The notes: generated by a model not told the origin, from the letters alone. Shown: positions 11,298 to 21,509, numbered from the stretch's first letter. The stretch: DNA of 43,194 nt from Candidatus Nomurabacteria bacterium (GCA_903862255.1 CAIOXK010000020.1:1-43194), one strand, 5' to 3'. Made by a program: numbers and translations.

Positions 11298-12803
11298 TTA
11301 TGTGAAGTACTGTGTCTTATGATCAGTAATTGCTTTTTGCAACAGCACCTCTGATTCATCGGTCCACATACCTTTTTGTTCGATATCTGTAATAAATTGT
11401 TTAGCGGTAAGTTCAATATAATCAATCAAACTTTTTTGAAATGCCGGAAGAGCGACTAGTGGTACATCATCAAGGTAGCCTTTTGTTAAGCTATATAGTG
11501 CAATTACTTGATGTGATACGTCGAATGGGTTGTATTGAGTTTGCTTCAAAAGCTCTACCGCTCTTTTGCCGCGTTCAAGTTGCCTTTTAGTATTTTCATC
11601 GAGATCGGAGCCGAATTGTGAAAAGGCTTCAAGTTCACGGAATTGGGCAAGGTCGAGCTTCAATGTACCTGCCACTTTTTTCATAGCTTTCTGCTGCGCA
11701 GATGAGCCTACGCGCGATACTGAGTTACCAACATTAATTGCAGGGCGAACACCTTTATAAAAAAGATCTGTTTCCAAAAAGATTTGACCATCAGTAATTG
11801 AGATCACATTTGTCGGAATGTATGCAGCCAAGTCGCCTGCCTGTGTTTCAATAATAGGAAGTGCTGTGATAGACCCTCCGCCGTATTCTGCATTGCGACG
11901 ACACGCACGTTCAAGTAATCGTGAGTGTAAATAAAAGACATCGCCTGGAAAGGCTTCACGTCCTGGTGGACGACGAAGTAGTAGTGAAATTTCACGATAT
12001 GATACTGCATGTTTAGAAAGATCATCATAGACAATCAATACATCTTTGCCTTGATCCATAAAGTATTCAGCAATAGCAGAACCCGCATATGGGGCAATAT
12101 ACGAAAGCGCGGCTGGTTCGGACGCCCCGGCAGAAACAATAACGGTGTAATCCATCGCCCCACTATCACGCAATAATGTTTCAATGCTCCTTAGTCGTGA
12201 GTCTTTTTGACCGATTGAAACATAGATACAGATCACGCCCGTGCCTTTTTGATTTAAAATAGTATCAAGTGCAATTGCTGTCTTGCCTGTTTTTCGGTCA
12301 CCAATAATGAGCTCTCGCTGGCCACGGCCAATTGGCACAAGTGCATCAATAGCCTTAATGCCTGTTTGCAGTGGCTGATCAACTGATTGACGAGTAATTA
12401 CACCGGGAGCAATACGCTCTACAGGATAGCGCGCAGATGCTTTGTACTCACCTCGCCCATCAATTACAGTACCAGTCGCATTTACTACATGACTGAGAAT
12501 ACTGTCACCAACCGGAATTTCTAATGTGTGTCCAGTTCTATGTACTGTGTCACCTTCTCTAATTGTGCGATAGTCACCAAGTACAATTACACCAACAAAG
12601 TCTGCCTCTAGATTAAGTACCATCCCTTCCACACCACTAGGAAATTTTACTACTTCTGAAGCCTGTACTGTTGATAAACCACTTACACGAACAACACCGT
12701 CGAATACTTCTAATACTGTACCAACTGATTCAGTTGTAGTATCAAGCAACACTGTATCTAGTTCACGTTTAAGGCTTTCTATAATTTTTTGTGCAGTAGC
12801 CAT
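11298..12803 (-). CDS. atpA: F1 ATP synthase alpha subunit
   Basis: 501 aa with Walker A GDRKTGKT and the motif [18 protein letters not shown]. Confidence 0.97.
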   Translation of the reverse strand: MATAQKIIESLKRELDTVLLDTTTESVGTVLEVFDGVVRVSGLSTVQASEVVKFPSGVEGMVLNLEADFVGVIVLGDYRTIREGDTVHRTGHTLEIPVGDSILSHVVNATGTVIDGRGEYKASARYPVERIAPGVITRQSVDQPLQTGIKAIDALVPIGRGQRELIIGDRKTGKTAIALDTILNQKGTGVICIYVSIGQKDSRLRSIETLLRDSGAMDYTVIVSAGASEPAALSYIAPYAGSAIAEYFMDQGKDVLIVYDDLSKHAVSYREISLLLRRPPGREAFPGDVFYLHSRLLERACRRNAEYGGGSITALPIIETQAGDLAAYIPTNVISITDGQIFLETDLFYKGVRPAINVGNSVSRVGSSAQQKAMKKVAGTLKLDLAQFRELEAFSQFGSDLDENTKRQLERGKRAVELLKQTQYNPFDVSHQVIALYSLTKGYLDDVPLVALPAFQKSLIDYIELTAKQFITDIEQKGMWTDESEVLLQKAITDHKTQYFT

Positions 12804-12804
12804 A

Positions 12805-13221
12805 TTATTGTTTCAGTGTATTTGTTAGTGTAAGTAATTTTTTCTTAAGTGTTGCATCGTACAGCATATCGTTTACCTTAACCGAAACTCCACCGAGCAC
12901 AGATGGGTCAATTTTTTGATCAAAATGCACGGCGGTTGACCTGTATTGCTTTTGTAATTGCTTAGACAAATCGTCTAATTGTTTTTTACTCAGTGCAGTT
13001 GCTGATGTAATAATAGGACGAATAATATTTTCCTCTTGTTCTAATAGTTTCTCTGTTAATGCAATTACTGCAGGTCCTCGTTTCACTGCACCTGATCGTT
13101 TTAGTACAGCAACAAAATCCTTAACAACCTTCTTCGCGGCTGCTTCATTTTTTGCCTGTTTAATTGCATCAAACAGTATGTGAGCAATCTTACTATTAGC
13201 ATTTGAAGTAGTAATGGCCAT
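12805..13221 (-). CDS. atpH: F1 ATP synthase delta (OSCP) subunit, short form
   Basis: 138 aa, located between atpF and atpA. The C-terminal stretch ([21 protein letters not shown]) is OSCP-like. Confidence 0.8.
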   Translation of the reverse strand: MAITTSNANSKIAHILFDAIKQAKNEAAAKKVVKDFVAVLKRSGAVKRGPAVIALTEKLLEQEENIIRPIITSATALSKKQLDDLSKQLQKQYRSTAVHFDQKIDPSVLGGVSVKVNDMLYDATLKKKLLTLTNTLKQ

Positions 13222-13223
13222 AG

Positions 13224-13718
13224 CTAGTATAACTCTTTTATCGCCTTATGTATCAATGCTTCATCAATACTGGGAGGAAGGTCTTCAAGTACTTTTTGAG
13301 TGCTTTGCACTACTAAGTCTGCAATGGCATTATGAGCCTCCTTGATGAGCATATTCTTTTCTTGTTCAAGTTGTGTACGAGTATCTGCCAAAATTTTAGC
13401 GGCGTGTTCGTGGCTTTCTGTGAGCATTGCAACACGTTTCTCCTCGATTTCTTTTTTCATAGTGTTTAACAGTTGTCGGGCTTGTTCTTGAGCTTTGACT
13501 TTTTCTTCATCAAACAAAGCTTTAGTTTGTGCAACTAGTACAGCATTCGTTGCCGCGTCTTCTACTCCTTGTGAAATAGTTTTCTTGCGATCGTTCATTA
13601 GTTGGGCCAACGGCTTCAGCGCGTAACGATATAAAACAAAAAATACAATTGCAAAATTAACTAACTGAACAACAATTAGTTTCCACTCTATATGAAATGT
13701 ACTTACAACTGCATCCAC
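13224..13718 (-). CDS. atpF: Fo ATP synthase subunit b
   Basis: 164 aa with a single N-terminal TM followed by a long charged helix. Operon position supports the call. Confidence 0.85.
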   Translation of the reverse strand: MDAVVSTFHIEWKLIVVQLVNFAIVFFVLYRYALKPLAQLMNDRKKTISQGVEDAATNAVLVAQTKALFDEEKVKAQEQARQLLNTMKKEIEEKRVAMLTESHEHAAKILADTRTQLEQEKNMLIKEAHNAIADLVVQSTQKVLEDLPPSIDEALIHKAIKELY

Positions 13719-13726
13719 TAAATATA

Positions 13727-14760
<1,034 letters not shown>

Positions 14761-14767
14761 TGCCCGT

Positions 14768-14796
14768 ACTATAGCATACTAGAAACCCCCTTGTAA
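14768..14796 (-). promoter_or_regulatory. atp operon promoter: -35 TTACAA, 17-bp spacer, -10 TATAGT, 7 nt to the atpB ATG
   Basis: The minus strand reads TTACAA GGGGGTTTCTAGTATGC TATAGT ACGGGCA ATG. Confidence 0.55.
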
Positions 14797-14811
14797 TAAG
14801 GGGGTTTCTAG
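14779..14811. repeat. Perfect 13-bp inverted repeat CTAGAAACCCCCT-N7-AGGGGGTTTCTAG overlapping the -35 and spacer of the atp promoter
   Basis: Read directly. The arms at 14779-14791 and 14799-14811 are exact reverse complements, and the -35 hexamer sits in the 7-nt loop region. Confidence 0.8.
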
Positions 14812-15003
14812 AAGAAAACTGTCATTTATATTTATTTTTTTGAGAAGAGATTATTGTTGTATGAATTTTGTATAGTATGTTCTGTGAAGTTAATCTAATA
14901 ATGTATTCAATCACGAACTATTTAGTTGTTATTTGGTTGTTTATTCAATTGTAAGAGCATAGCAATCGATGTACTACATGCACATGCAGTAGAAACATGA
15001 TGC

Positions 15004-15034
15004 AAGTAATTTTAAAGTAATTTAAAAGTAATTT
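15004..15034. repeat. Three direct copies of AAGTAATTT at an exact 11-bp period
   Basis: Copies start at 15004, 15015 and 15026 in the AT-rich 322-bp gap upstream of the atp operon. Confidence 0.7.
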
Positions 15035-15043
15035 TTAATACAG

Positions 15044-15080
15044 TGGAACGATGACTGAAATTGGTCTGCATATCGTTCCA
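15044..15080 (-). terminator. 9-bp inverted repeat (TGGAACGAT-N19-ATCGTTCCA) 2 nt downstream of the stop of the sigma-operon membrane protein; possible weak terminator
   Basis: Exact arms at 15044-15052 and 15072-15080. No clean T-run follows on the minus strand. Confidence 0.35.
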
Positions 15081-15082
15081 TA

Positions 15083-15580
15083 TTAGTTTATACGTTGAGG
15101 AGAAAAAATTCTTTCATAGTATTCTTCTTGGTGCTGAGTTGGATAGCGATAATATGTTTTTACCATATTATCGTTAGCATCCTGAGTGATTGCATAGAAT
15201 AAAATACCTAGAATGATACTGCATGCCACACTTACTAATAGTAATTGTAATGTTGTATGACGATATCCTGCATATGTTTTACGCAATAAAGAGATACTTA
15301 TTATAGAAAATAAGCCAAAAGACACTACCCATAATAATGGAATTGCTGCAACCATAAAAATAGGGTTGCCTGCTTCGATATATTTGCCCTGAACAACTTG
15401 AATATGCAGTATTCCATACAAAACACCTGCAATTGTATAGGCGCCCAGTACTGTTGTAACGATACCTGGCATCCACAACACACTATTACGCAACACAAAG
15501 TACCACTTCGAACGAGGTGTTACCCGTTTGTTCTCAATAGCGGTCAATATATTTTTTGCTGTATTACTTATTTGTTCCAT
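15083..15580 (-). CDS. Polytopic membrane protein co-transcribed with the ECF sigma factor (candidate anti-sigma factor or sensor)
   Basis: 165 aa with about 4 TM helices. Its start overlaps the sigma-factor stop by 17 nt. No HxxxCxxC zinc anti-sigma motif is visible. Confidence 0.6.
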   Translation of the reverse strand: MEQISNTAKNILTAIENKRVTPRSKWYFVLRNSVLWMPGIVTTVLGAYTIAGVLYGILHIQVVQGKYIEAGNPIFMVAAIPLLWVVSFGLFSIISISLLRKTYAGYRHTTLQLLLVSVACSIILGILFYAITQDANDNMVKTYYRYPTQHQEEYYERIFSPQRIN

Positions 15581-16142
15581 GTTTAGTAAGGTTTTTTTCT
15601 AATTGTTTTTTTGCTCGATTAATTCGAACGGCTACTGTTCCTGCTGGTATCTGAAGGATGTCGGCAACTTCTTCGTATGACTTTTCCTCAAAGAATCGCA
15701 GTAACAAAATGTCTTTATATTTCTCATCGAGTGTGTTTACAGCATCAATGACTAACTGTTTTTGTTCCGCATGGCTAAATCGAGCAACGTGGTCTTCTTC
15801 TGTAAACAACTTGGACACAATATCCTGCGCTTCATCATCCAGAGAAAGTGTTGTGCGTCGTTTTTCACGTCGGTACCAATCGATCATTTCGTTATGTGCG
15901 ATACGGTATATCCAAGATGAAAAAAGTAATGATGTGTCGTATTCGTTTATGTTGCGGTACACCTTTATAAAGATATTCTGCAAAAGATCTTCGATGTCAT
16001 CACTCGTAGCTAAACTACGCCGGCGAATATAGTGCGTTAATTTAGGTATATAGCGCTCAATAAGCACGGCGAAGTGCTGTTGGTCTTTTTTGCACTCAAT
16101 AATAAGTTTTTCATCAGTGAGTATAGCTAATGATGACTGCAT
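15564..16142 (-). CDS. ECF-type RNA polymerase sigma-70 family factor
   Basis: 192 aa. Region 2 (FSSWIYRIAHNEMIDWYRREKR) and the region 4 HTH (SYEEVADILQIPAGTVAVRINRAKKQL) are both present. Confidence 0.9.
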   Translation of the reverse strand: MQSSLAILTDEKLIIECKKDQQHFAVLIERYIPKLTHYIRRRSLATSDDIEDLLQNIFIKVYRNINEYDTSLLFSSWIYRIAHNEMIDWYRREKRRTTLSLDDEAQDIVSKLFTEEDHVARFSHAEQKQLVIDAVNTLDEKYKDILLLRFFEEKSYEEVADILQIPAGTVAVRINRAKKQLEKNLTKHGTNK

Positions 16143-16148
16143 CTTCTT

Positions 16149-16173
16149 ATTATACGCACAAACATGATAAAAT
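16149..16173. promoter_or_regulatory. Back-to-back -10 boxes in the 38-bp divergent gap: TATAAT (minus strand, 16149-16154, 6 nt from the sigma ATG) and TAAAAT (plus strand, 16168-16173, 7 nt from the uppP ATG)
   Basis: Read directly. Neither gene has room for a 5' UTR or a Shine-Dalgarno sequence. Confidence 0.55.
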
Positions 16174-16180
16174 CTTACCT

Positions 16181-17032
16181 ATGATTAATTATTTTCAAGC
16201 TATCCTTCTAGGGCTACTCCAAGGTGTTACTGAGCTCTTTCCTATTTCGAGCTTAGGGCACAGTGTTATTTTACCAACTATCTTGGGCTGGAATATTGAC
16301 CAATCAAACAATATGTTTGTAGTATTTCTGATTGCTACCCACCTTGCAACAGCGATTGTACTGTTAGTGTTTTTCTTCAAAGACTGGGTACTAATTGTAA
16401 AAGGTATTTGGCGCTCAATAAAAAGTCACAGTATTGCCGCAACTGATACGTATGCCAAACTCGGCTGGTTAATAATTATTGGTAGTATTCCCGCGGGTAT
16501 TCTTGGTTTTCTTTTTGAAAAGAAAATAAAAGTATTACTTGCATCTGCATTATTAACTGCAGTCTTCCTAGTTATTAACGGTATTATGTTGTTTGGCGCT
16601 GAATATTTGCGTAAAAGAAGTGCTGTGTACCGGCTTGGTCCAGTTGATGCTGGCATTTCAACATTGTCATGGTCCCAAGCAGTCAAAGTTGGATTTGCAC
16701 AATGCTTATCACTTATTCCTGGTTTCTCACGAACAGGAGCAACACTCGGTGGCGGACTACTTGTGGGATTAACACATGAGGAAGCGGCTCGCTTTTCATT
16801 TCTCCTCGCAACTCCAATTATCTTTGCTGCATCAATTCTTAAATTACCAACACTAATTCACACACCAAGCGCTGTAATAGGCCCAATTTTTATTGGCGCA
16901 CTGGCTTCTGCTATTGCGGCATTTGTTTCTGTACGTTTTCTTACGAAGTATTTCAAAAAACATACTCTTACCCCGTTCGCTATATACTGCATAATCGCTG
17001 GACTACTCGCTATAGGCATTATAGTGATGTGA
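16181..17032 (+). CDS. uppP: Undecaprenyl-diphosphate phosphatase (BacA/UppP)
   Basis: MINYFQAILLGLLQGVTELFPISSLGHS matches the UppP N-terminal signature, and PGFSRTGAT is the second conserved motif. I place the start at ATG 16181 rather than the track start 16130. Confidence 0.93.
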   Translation: MINYFQAILLGLLQGVTELFPISSLGHSVILPTILGWNIDQSNNMFVVFLIATHLATAIVLLVFFFKDWVLIVKGIWRSIKSHSIAATDTYAKLGWLIIIGSIPAGILGFLFEKKIKVLLASALLTAVFLVINGIMLFGAEYLRKRSAVYRLGPVDAGISTLSWSQAVKVGFAQCLSLIPGFSRTGATLGGGLLVGLTHEEAARFSFLLATPIIFAASILKLPTLIHTPSAVIGPIFIGALASAIAAFVSVRFLTKYFKKHTLTPFAIYCIIAGLLAIGIIVM

Positions 17033-17038
17033 TATACT
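17033..17038 (+). promoter_or_regulatory. -10 box TATACT located 7 nt upstream of the ATG of the FMN-binding protein gene
   Basis: GTGATATACT TGTACCT ATG. The same GTGATATACT string recurs upstream of the DoxX gene at 18431-18440. Confidence 0.5.
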
Positions 17039-17045
17039 TGTACCT

Positions 17046-17531
17046 ATGAATAACAAAAAAGTTTTAATCAGTCTGGTAGCGGTTATCGTTGTTGCTGCAG
17101 GCGTTGTTGGAATCGCGGCGATGAGTAAAAAAACAGATGCTCCGGCAGAAATTATGCCAACAACTGATACTTCAACTACTACAGTTGTGACAACTAAGCC
17201 TGTAAAAATCACTACAGGAAAAACCGTTTCATCTACATACAAAGACGGTACGTATACTGCAACTGGTTCATACCGTTCTCCAGGTGGTCAAGATCAGATT
17301 CAGATCACAGTTGCACTCAAGAATGACATTATTACTTCTGTTTCAGCAGTTCCGATGGCTGGTGACCGTGAATCAAAAGAATACCAAGCTAAATTTATTA
17401 GTGGATATCAGTCCGTTGTTGTTGGAAAAGATATCAGTACCTTGAAGCTTGGCGCGGTATCAGGTTCATCATTAACTCCAATTGGATTTAATGATGCTAT
17501 TACACAAATCAAAACTCAGGCTCAAGCGTAA
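17046..17531 (+). CDS. Membrane-anchored FMN-binding (FMN_bind) domain protein, candidate ApbE flavinylation substrate
   Basis: 161 aa with an N-terminal TM anchor and a Thr-rich linker. YKDGTYTATGSYRSPGG...ITVAL is typical of FMN_bind domains, and the C-terminal GAVSGSSLT resembles the D-x-x-S-G-A-T flavinylation motif. Confidence 0.75.
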   Translation: MNNKKVLISLVAVIVVAAGVVGIAAMSKKTDAPAEIMPTTDTSTTTVVTTKPVKITTGKTVSSTYKDGTYTATGSYRSPGGQDQIQITVALKNDIITSVSAVPMAGDRESKEYQAKFISGYQSVVVGKDISTLKLGAVSGSSLTPIGFNDAITQIKTQAQA

Positions 17532-17554
17532 TACGCTTTTGTATCAGTATTGCC

Positions 17555-18424
17555 ATGAATGAGTTTACTTTCACAGCAATTGGTACACACTGGCACATTC
17601 AATTTTACTCAATGTACGAAAATAATGATGTACTTATAAGTACCGTTAAAAATCGTATTGAAGCGTTTGAACAAAACTATTCCCGTTTCCGCGGGGATTC
17701 TTTTGTAGGACAAATAGCACAACAAGAAGGAGTTTTTCGCCTACCTGATGATGCTGAAAAAATGCTTAATCTGTATCGACGATTATATGATATTTCTGAT
17801 GGCAAAGTTACGCCCTTGATTGGCAGCGTTTTAATTGACGCTGGCTATGATGCCAATTATTCACTTACTCCGAAGAATTCAATCCGTGAAGCTGAGCTCT
17901 GGGATGAAGTAATGGAATATAATGTACCTTTTCTCACAACGAAGCGACCAATCAAATTAGACTTTGGTGGGCTTGGCAAAGGCTACATTATTGATATCGT
18001 TGCAGATATTTTTCGAGATCATCATATCTATGATTTCATTATTAATGCCGGTGGTGATATTGCTCATAGTTCGTCTGAAGATGCTGTGTTTCGAGTAGGA
18101 TTAGAAGACCCTGAAGACAAAACAAAGGTTATCGGTATTGCAGAAATTAGCAATAAAAGTATTGCGGGTTCCGCTGGCAACCGTCGTGCTTGGGGAAAAT
18201 ACCATCACATTATTGACCCAACAACTACAGAGTCTCCAAGACATATTGCTGGTCTATGGGTGGTAGCAAATACTACACTTTTTGCTGATGCACTAACTAC
18301 GGCACTATTTTTTATGGAGCCTGATATATTACTTCAACACTTTTCTTTTGAATATGCGATTGTATATAGCGACAGATCAATAAAACATTCACCGCACTTT
18401 CCCGCAGAGTTCTATACTATATAA
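17555..18424 (+). CDS. apbE: FAD:protein FMN transferase (ApbE family)
   Basis: 289 aa with the motifs DFGGLGKGYIID and INAGGDI and the HHIIDPTT region, all typical of ApbE. No N-terminal signal peptide or lipobox is present. Confidence 0.88.
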   Translation: MNEFTFTAIGTHWHIQFYSMYENNDVLISTVKNRIEAFEQNYSRFRGDSFVGQIAQQEGVFRLPDDAEKMLNLYRRLYDISDGKVTPLIGSVLIDAGYDANYSLTPKNSIREAELWDEVMEYNVPFLTTKRPIKLDFGGLGKGYIIDIVADIFRDHHIYDFIINAGGDIAHSSSEDAVFRVGLEDPEDKTKVIGIAEISNKSIAGSAGNRRAWGKYHHIIDPTTTESPRHIAGLWVVANTTLFADALTTALFFMEPDILLQHFSFEYAIVYSDRSIKHSPHFPAEFYTI

Positions 18425-18434
18425 GTTATAGTGA

Positions 18435-18440
18435 TATACT
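18435..18440 (+). promoter_or_regulatory. -10 box TATACT located 6 nt upstream of the DoxX ATG
   Basis: GTGATATACT TTATAT ATG. Confidence 0.5.
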
Positions 18441-18446
18441 TTATAT

Positions 18447-18830
18447 ATGGAAAAATTAAAATCATACTCACCTATTATTCTTCGCATCGGACTTGCCTTA
18501 GTCTTTCTATGGTTCGGATTCAATCAAATTACTGATCCAACATCATGGTATGGTTTTGTACCTGATTCTGTAAGTACTATTACTGGACTAACTATTGCTC
18601 GTATCGTCTTTCTGAATGGCCTATTTGAAATTATTGCTGGTACCGCATTGGCGTTTGGATTATTTACCCGTGTTGCAGCAGGACTACTCTTCCTTCACAT
18701 TCTCGACATCGCTTTTATTGTTGGCCTCGACAGTATTGGTATACGTGACTTAGGTCTCAGTGTGGCAACATTTGTTATCTTCCTCAATGGAATGGATCGC
18801 GCAACATTGGATCATTATATTCGTAATTAA
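18447..18830 (+). CDS. DoxX family membrane protein
   Basis: 127 aa with 4 TM helices. The N-terminus (ILRIGLALVFLWFGFNQI) is typical of DoxX. Confidence 0.8.
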   Translation: MEKLKSYSPIILRIGLALVFLWFGFNQITDPTSWYGFVPDSVSTITGLTIARIVFLNGLFEIIAGTALAFGLFTRVAAGLLFLHILDIAFIVGLDSIGIRDLGLSVATFVIFLNGMDRATLDHYIRN

Positions 18831-18895
18831 TATTTACATCCCCAATACCACCTCATCTACATCACCACACATAGCTGGGTGCAAGAGATAAAAAT

Positions 18896-18920
18896 AAAAA
18901 GCCCGTTTCCAGGGCTTTTT
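18896..18920. terminator. Bidirectional rho-independent terminator between DoxX (+) and the P-type ATPase (-)
   Basis: AAAAAGCCC gtttcca GGGCTTTTT. Confidence 0.75.
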
Positions 18921-18968
18921 ATTTTTATACTCTGGAACATGGGTGCCAAAGGTATATATTTATAAAGA

Positions 18969-21503
18969 CTACTTTACGAGAACAGAACTTCTGTAATACC
19001 ACGTCTTCATCAAATCAATACTAAAGAAGTAAATTAATACTGCAGCAATAATAGTTCCCAAAGCTACCCATGACAATCCAGTAAAGTGAAAAATCTTTTG
19101 GAAGAATGGCACATAGGTAATCGCTAATGATGCAAGGAATGTTAAGAAAAACGATGAGTTCAATAGCAATGAAGGTTTCTTAACTTTCCAGAAAAAGCCA
19201 TTATTGCGAAATGCGTAGAACACTATCAATGCAGTAAATGTGAAGAATAAGAATAATCCTGTTTGAATAATTACTGTTGGTTGAAAACGAATTACCATAT
19301 AGTACAACAGTTCAAATAAACCCGTTGGAATACCAAGAATCAAAGAAATAAATAGCAGTTCTTTAATATTATTCTTTTCAGGGTTGATAACATCAGTATC
19401 TTCTACTGTGTCAGAATAAATAGTCACTAGAGGAATATCGGTAATAATATTGGTCAGCAATACCTGAATTGGTAATAAAGGTAGATTTTTTGAGAACAGA
19501 TATAGCACGGCTAGTGCCATAAAACTGCCGAAGTTATTCACCATCGTGTATTTGATGTACTTATTGATATTAACGAAAATTGTTCGTCCGTATTTAATAC
19601 CATTAATGATCACTTCAAGATCTCTATTCAAAAGCACAATATCAGCATCCTCTTTAGCGATATCTGTAGCGCTATTAACGGCTATGGCCACGTCTGCGAG
19701 CTTTAATGCTGGAGCATCGTTAATTCCATCACCCTGGTATCCAACTACGTACCCTGCCTCTTTTAGAGCTTTAATGATATTGAACTTTTGCGTCGGGGAA
19801 ACACGAGCAAATACGTTGGCTTTTATTACAGCTTCCTTAAATGCGTCAGGGTTCATTATTTCTAATTCTTCACCTAAGTAGACAGTACTATTTGCATCAA
19901 CTAGTCCAACTTCCCGCCCTATATATTCCGCAACTTCTCTACTATCACCTGTAAGAATTTTAATTTTAATACCAAGTTTTTCTGCATGTTCAATGGTTCG
20001 CTTGGCGCTTTCACGTAACGGGTCTACGAAACCAACATATCCTAAGAACAATAAGTTACTTTTTTCGTCTGACAAAATATCATAGCTGTTAGTTCCTGAA
20101 TTTGCCGAAGGATAATCCACGATTTCTTTATATGCCAATGCTAAGTGGTGTAAGCCAGTTTTGCCTTCCTCCGAAATAGTATGTAAGTATCCGTCAATAT
20201 CATTTGTAGGCCGAGCAATACTAAGAACTATATCTGGTGCCCCAATAACAATTAAGAAGTACTTATTATTTACTGTGTCATGCAATACTACACGGCGACG
20301 CTTATCATCTGGATCAAATGGCAGTTCTTTTACAATGCAGTACTCCTTTGCCTTGTCTTGTAGTATTTGTGGGATGTAATTAAGAAATGCATCATCATAT
20401 GAACTATCTGTGCGACGCTTGCGATTCTTCAAAATAGCAATAGTTGCGTATGCAAAAATTTGAAATAGGTCTCGATCAGTAGCAACTATATTTTGGACTA
20501 CCATTTTGTTTTCTGTAATCGTGCCAGTCTTGTCAGTACAAAGCACGTTGATGTTACCTAAATCTTCAACTGAAGAAAGGCGCTTCACCACAACATGTTT
20601 TTTAGCCAACTTTAATGCGCCGCTAGAAAGTGAAATGGTAGCAATAACTGGCAACACTTCAGGTACGACTAAAATTGCCATTGCAATCATGAAGATTAAC
20701 AATTCAACAATACTTAACGATCCTCTGTTTAAAAATACCTTGGCAAGAAAAATTACAGTCAGACTATAGAGCACTACCTTCAATAGAAATGTACTAAATG
20801 ATTTTAGTGAGCGTTCATATTCGGTATCTTTTTTTGTTTCTGTCGTTAGTTGAACAATTTTACCGAATTCAGTATCTGTACCTGTAGCATAGACAATACC
20901 AGTCACTTCACCCTTTTCAATAATACTACCGGTAAATACTAAACTTTCATCTGAAGTTAATATGTCAGAGATTACACGCTTAATTACTGGCAGTGATTCG
21001 CCCGTTAGAGACGATTCATTTACTTGTGCATTTTCTGCATCAATTATGCGCATATCTGCTGGCGCAATATCTCCTTCGCGTAAGACAACAATATCACCGG
21101 GCACGATTTGTGACTGATTGAGTAACATCATTTGCCCGTCACGCTTCACACGCATGACCTTTGTAATAAAGTTAGAAAGTTTCTCAATGATCTTTTCTGA
21201 TTTAAATTCTTGATAAAAGCCAAGAATAGTATTGAGAACAATAATGGTCAGAATGATTATGCCGTCAGAATAGTCCCTGATAACAAAAGAGATAATTGTT
21301 GCTGAGACTAGTAAATAAATCAAAACATTTTGAAACTGACGCATTAATACATCTACAGCATTTACAGTTTTCTTTTGTACAAGGTTTTTACCAAATTTTG
21401 CAAAGCGAATACCTGCTTCTTCAGAAGTTAAACCGTTTTCTGAAGACTGCAATCCTACATACACTGCTGACAAATTCACTCCTGACACCTCCTTTTTATT
21501 CAT
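18969..21503 (-). CDS. P-type cation-translocating ATPase (E1-E2, Ca2+/Mg2+-type)
   Basis: 844 aa with the motifs LTGESLPV, the phosphorylation site CTDKTGTITENK, and GDGINDAPALKLADV. About 10 TM helices. Confidence 0.93.
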   Translation of the reverse strand: MNKKEVSGVNLSAVYVGLQSSENGLTSEEAGIRFAKFGKNLVQKKTVNAVDVLMRQFQNVLIYLLVSATIISFVIRDYSDGIIILTIIVLNTILGFYQEFKSEKIIEKLSNFITKVMRVKRDGQMMLLNQSQIVPGDIVVLREGDIAPADMRIIDAENAQVNESSLTGESLPVIKRVISDILTSDESLVFTGSIIEKGEVTGIVYATGTDTEFGKIVQLTTETKKDTEYERSLKSFSTFLLKVVLYSLTVIFLAKVFLNRGSLSIVELLIFMIAMAILVVPEVLPVIATISLSSGALKLAKKHVVVKRLSSVEDLGNINVLCTDKTGTITENKMVVQNIVATDRDLFQIFAYATIAILKNRKRRTDSSYDDAFLNYIPQILQDKAKEYCIVKELPFDPDDKRRRVVLHDTVNNKYFLIVIGAPDIVLSIARPTNDIDGYLHTISEEGKTGLHHLALAYKEIVDYPSANSGTNSYDILSDEKSNLLFLGYVGFVDPLRESAKRTIEHAEKLGIKIKILTGDSREVAEYIGREVGLVDANSTVYLGEELEIMNPDAFKEAVIKANVFARVSPTQKFNIIKALKEAGYVVGYQGDGINDAPALKLADVAIAVNSATDIAKEDADIVLLNRDLEVIINGIKYGRTIFVNINKYIKYTMVNNFGSFMALAVLYLFSKNLPLLPIQVLLTNIITDIPLVTIYSDTVEDTDVINPEKNNIKELLFISLILGIPTGLFELLYYMVIRFQPTVIIQTGLFLFFTFTALIVFYAFRNNGFFWKVKKPSLLLNSSFFLTFLASLAITYVPFFQKIFHFTGLSWVALGTIIAAVLIYFFSIDLMKTWYYRSSVLVK

Positions 21504-21509
21504 GCGCCA

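Noticed and set aside
14877-14954. 25-aa hydrophobic ORF (MFCEVNLIMYSITNYLVVIWLFIQL) in the atp upstream gap; possible type I toxin-like peptide.
   Set aside because: It is very short and lies in AT-rich DNA, where Phe/Ile/Leu/Asn-rich ORFs arise by chance. There is no convincing promoter spacing and no antisense RNA signature, so nothing supports it beyond hydrophobicity.
15658-16032. Long antisense ORFs opposite real genes. Examples: 15658-16032, 1336-1680, 19546-19881, 23380-23691, 31993-32304, 33076-33375, 37765-38079, 39044-39325.
   Set aside because: Each lies fully inside a confidently identified gene on the other strand. They have low-complexity or Ser/Cys/Arg-skewed composition and no motifs, so they are shadow ORFs typical of AT-rich coding DNA.
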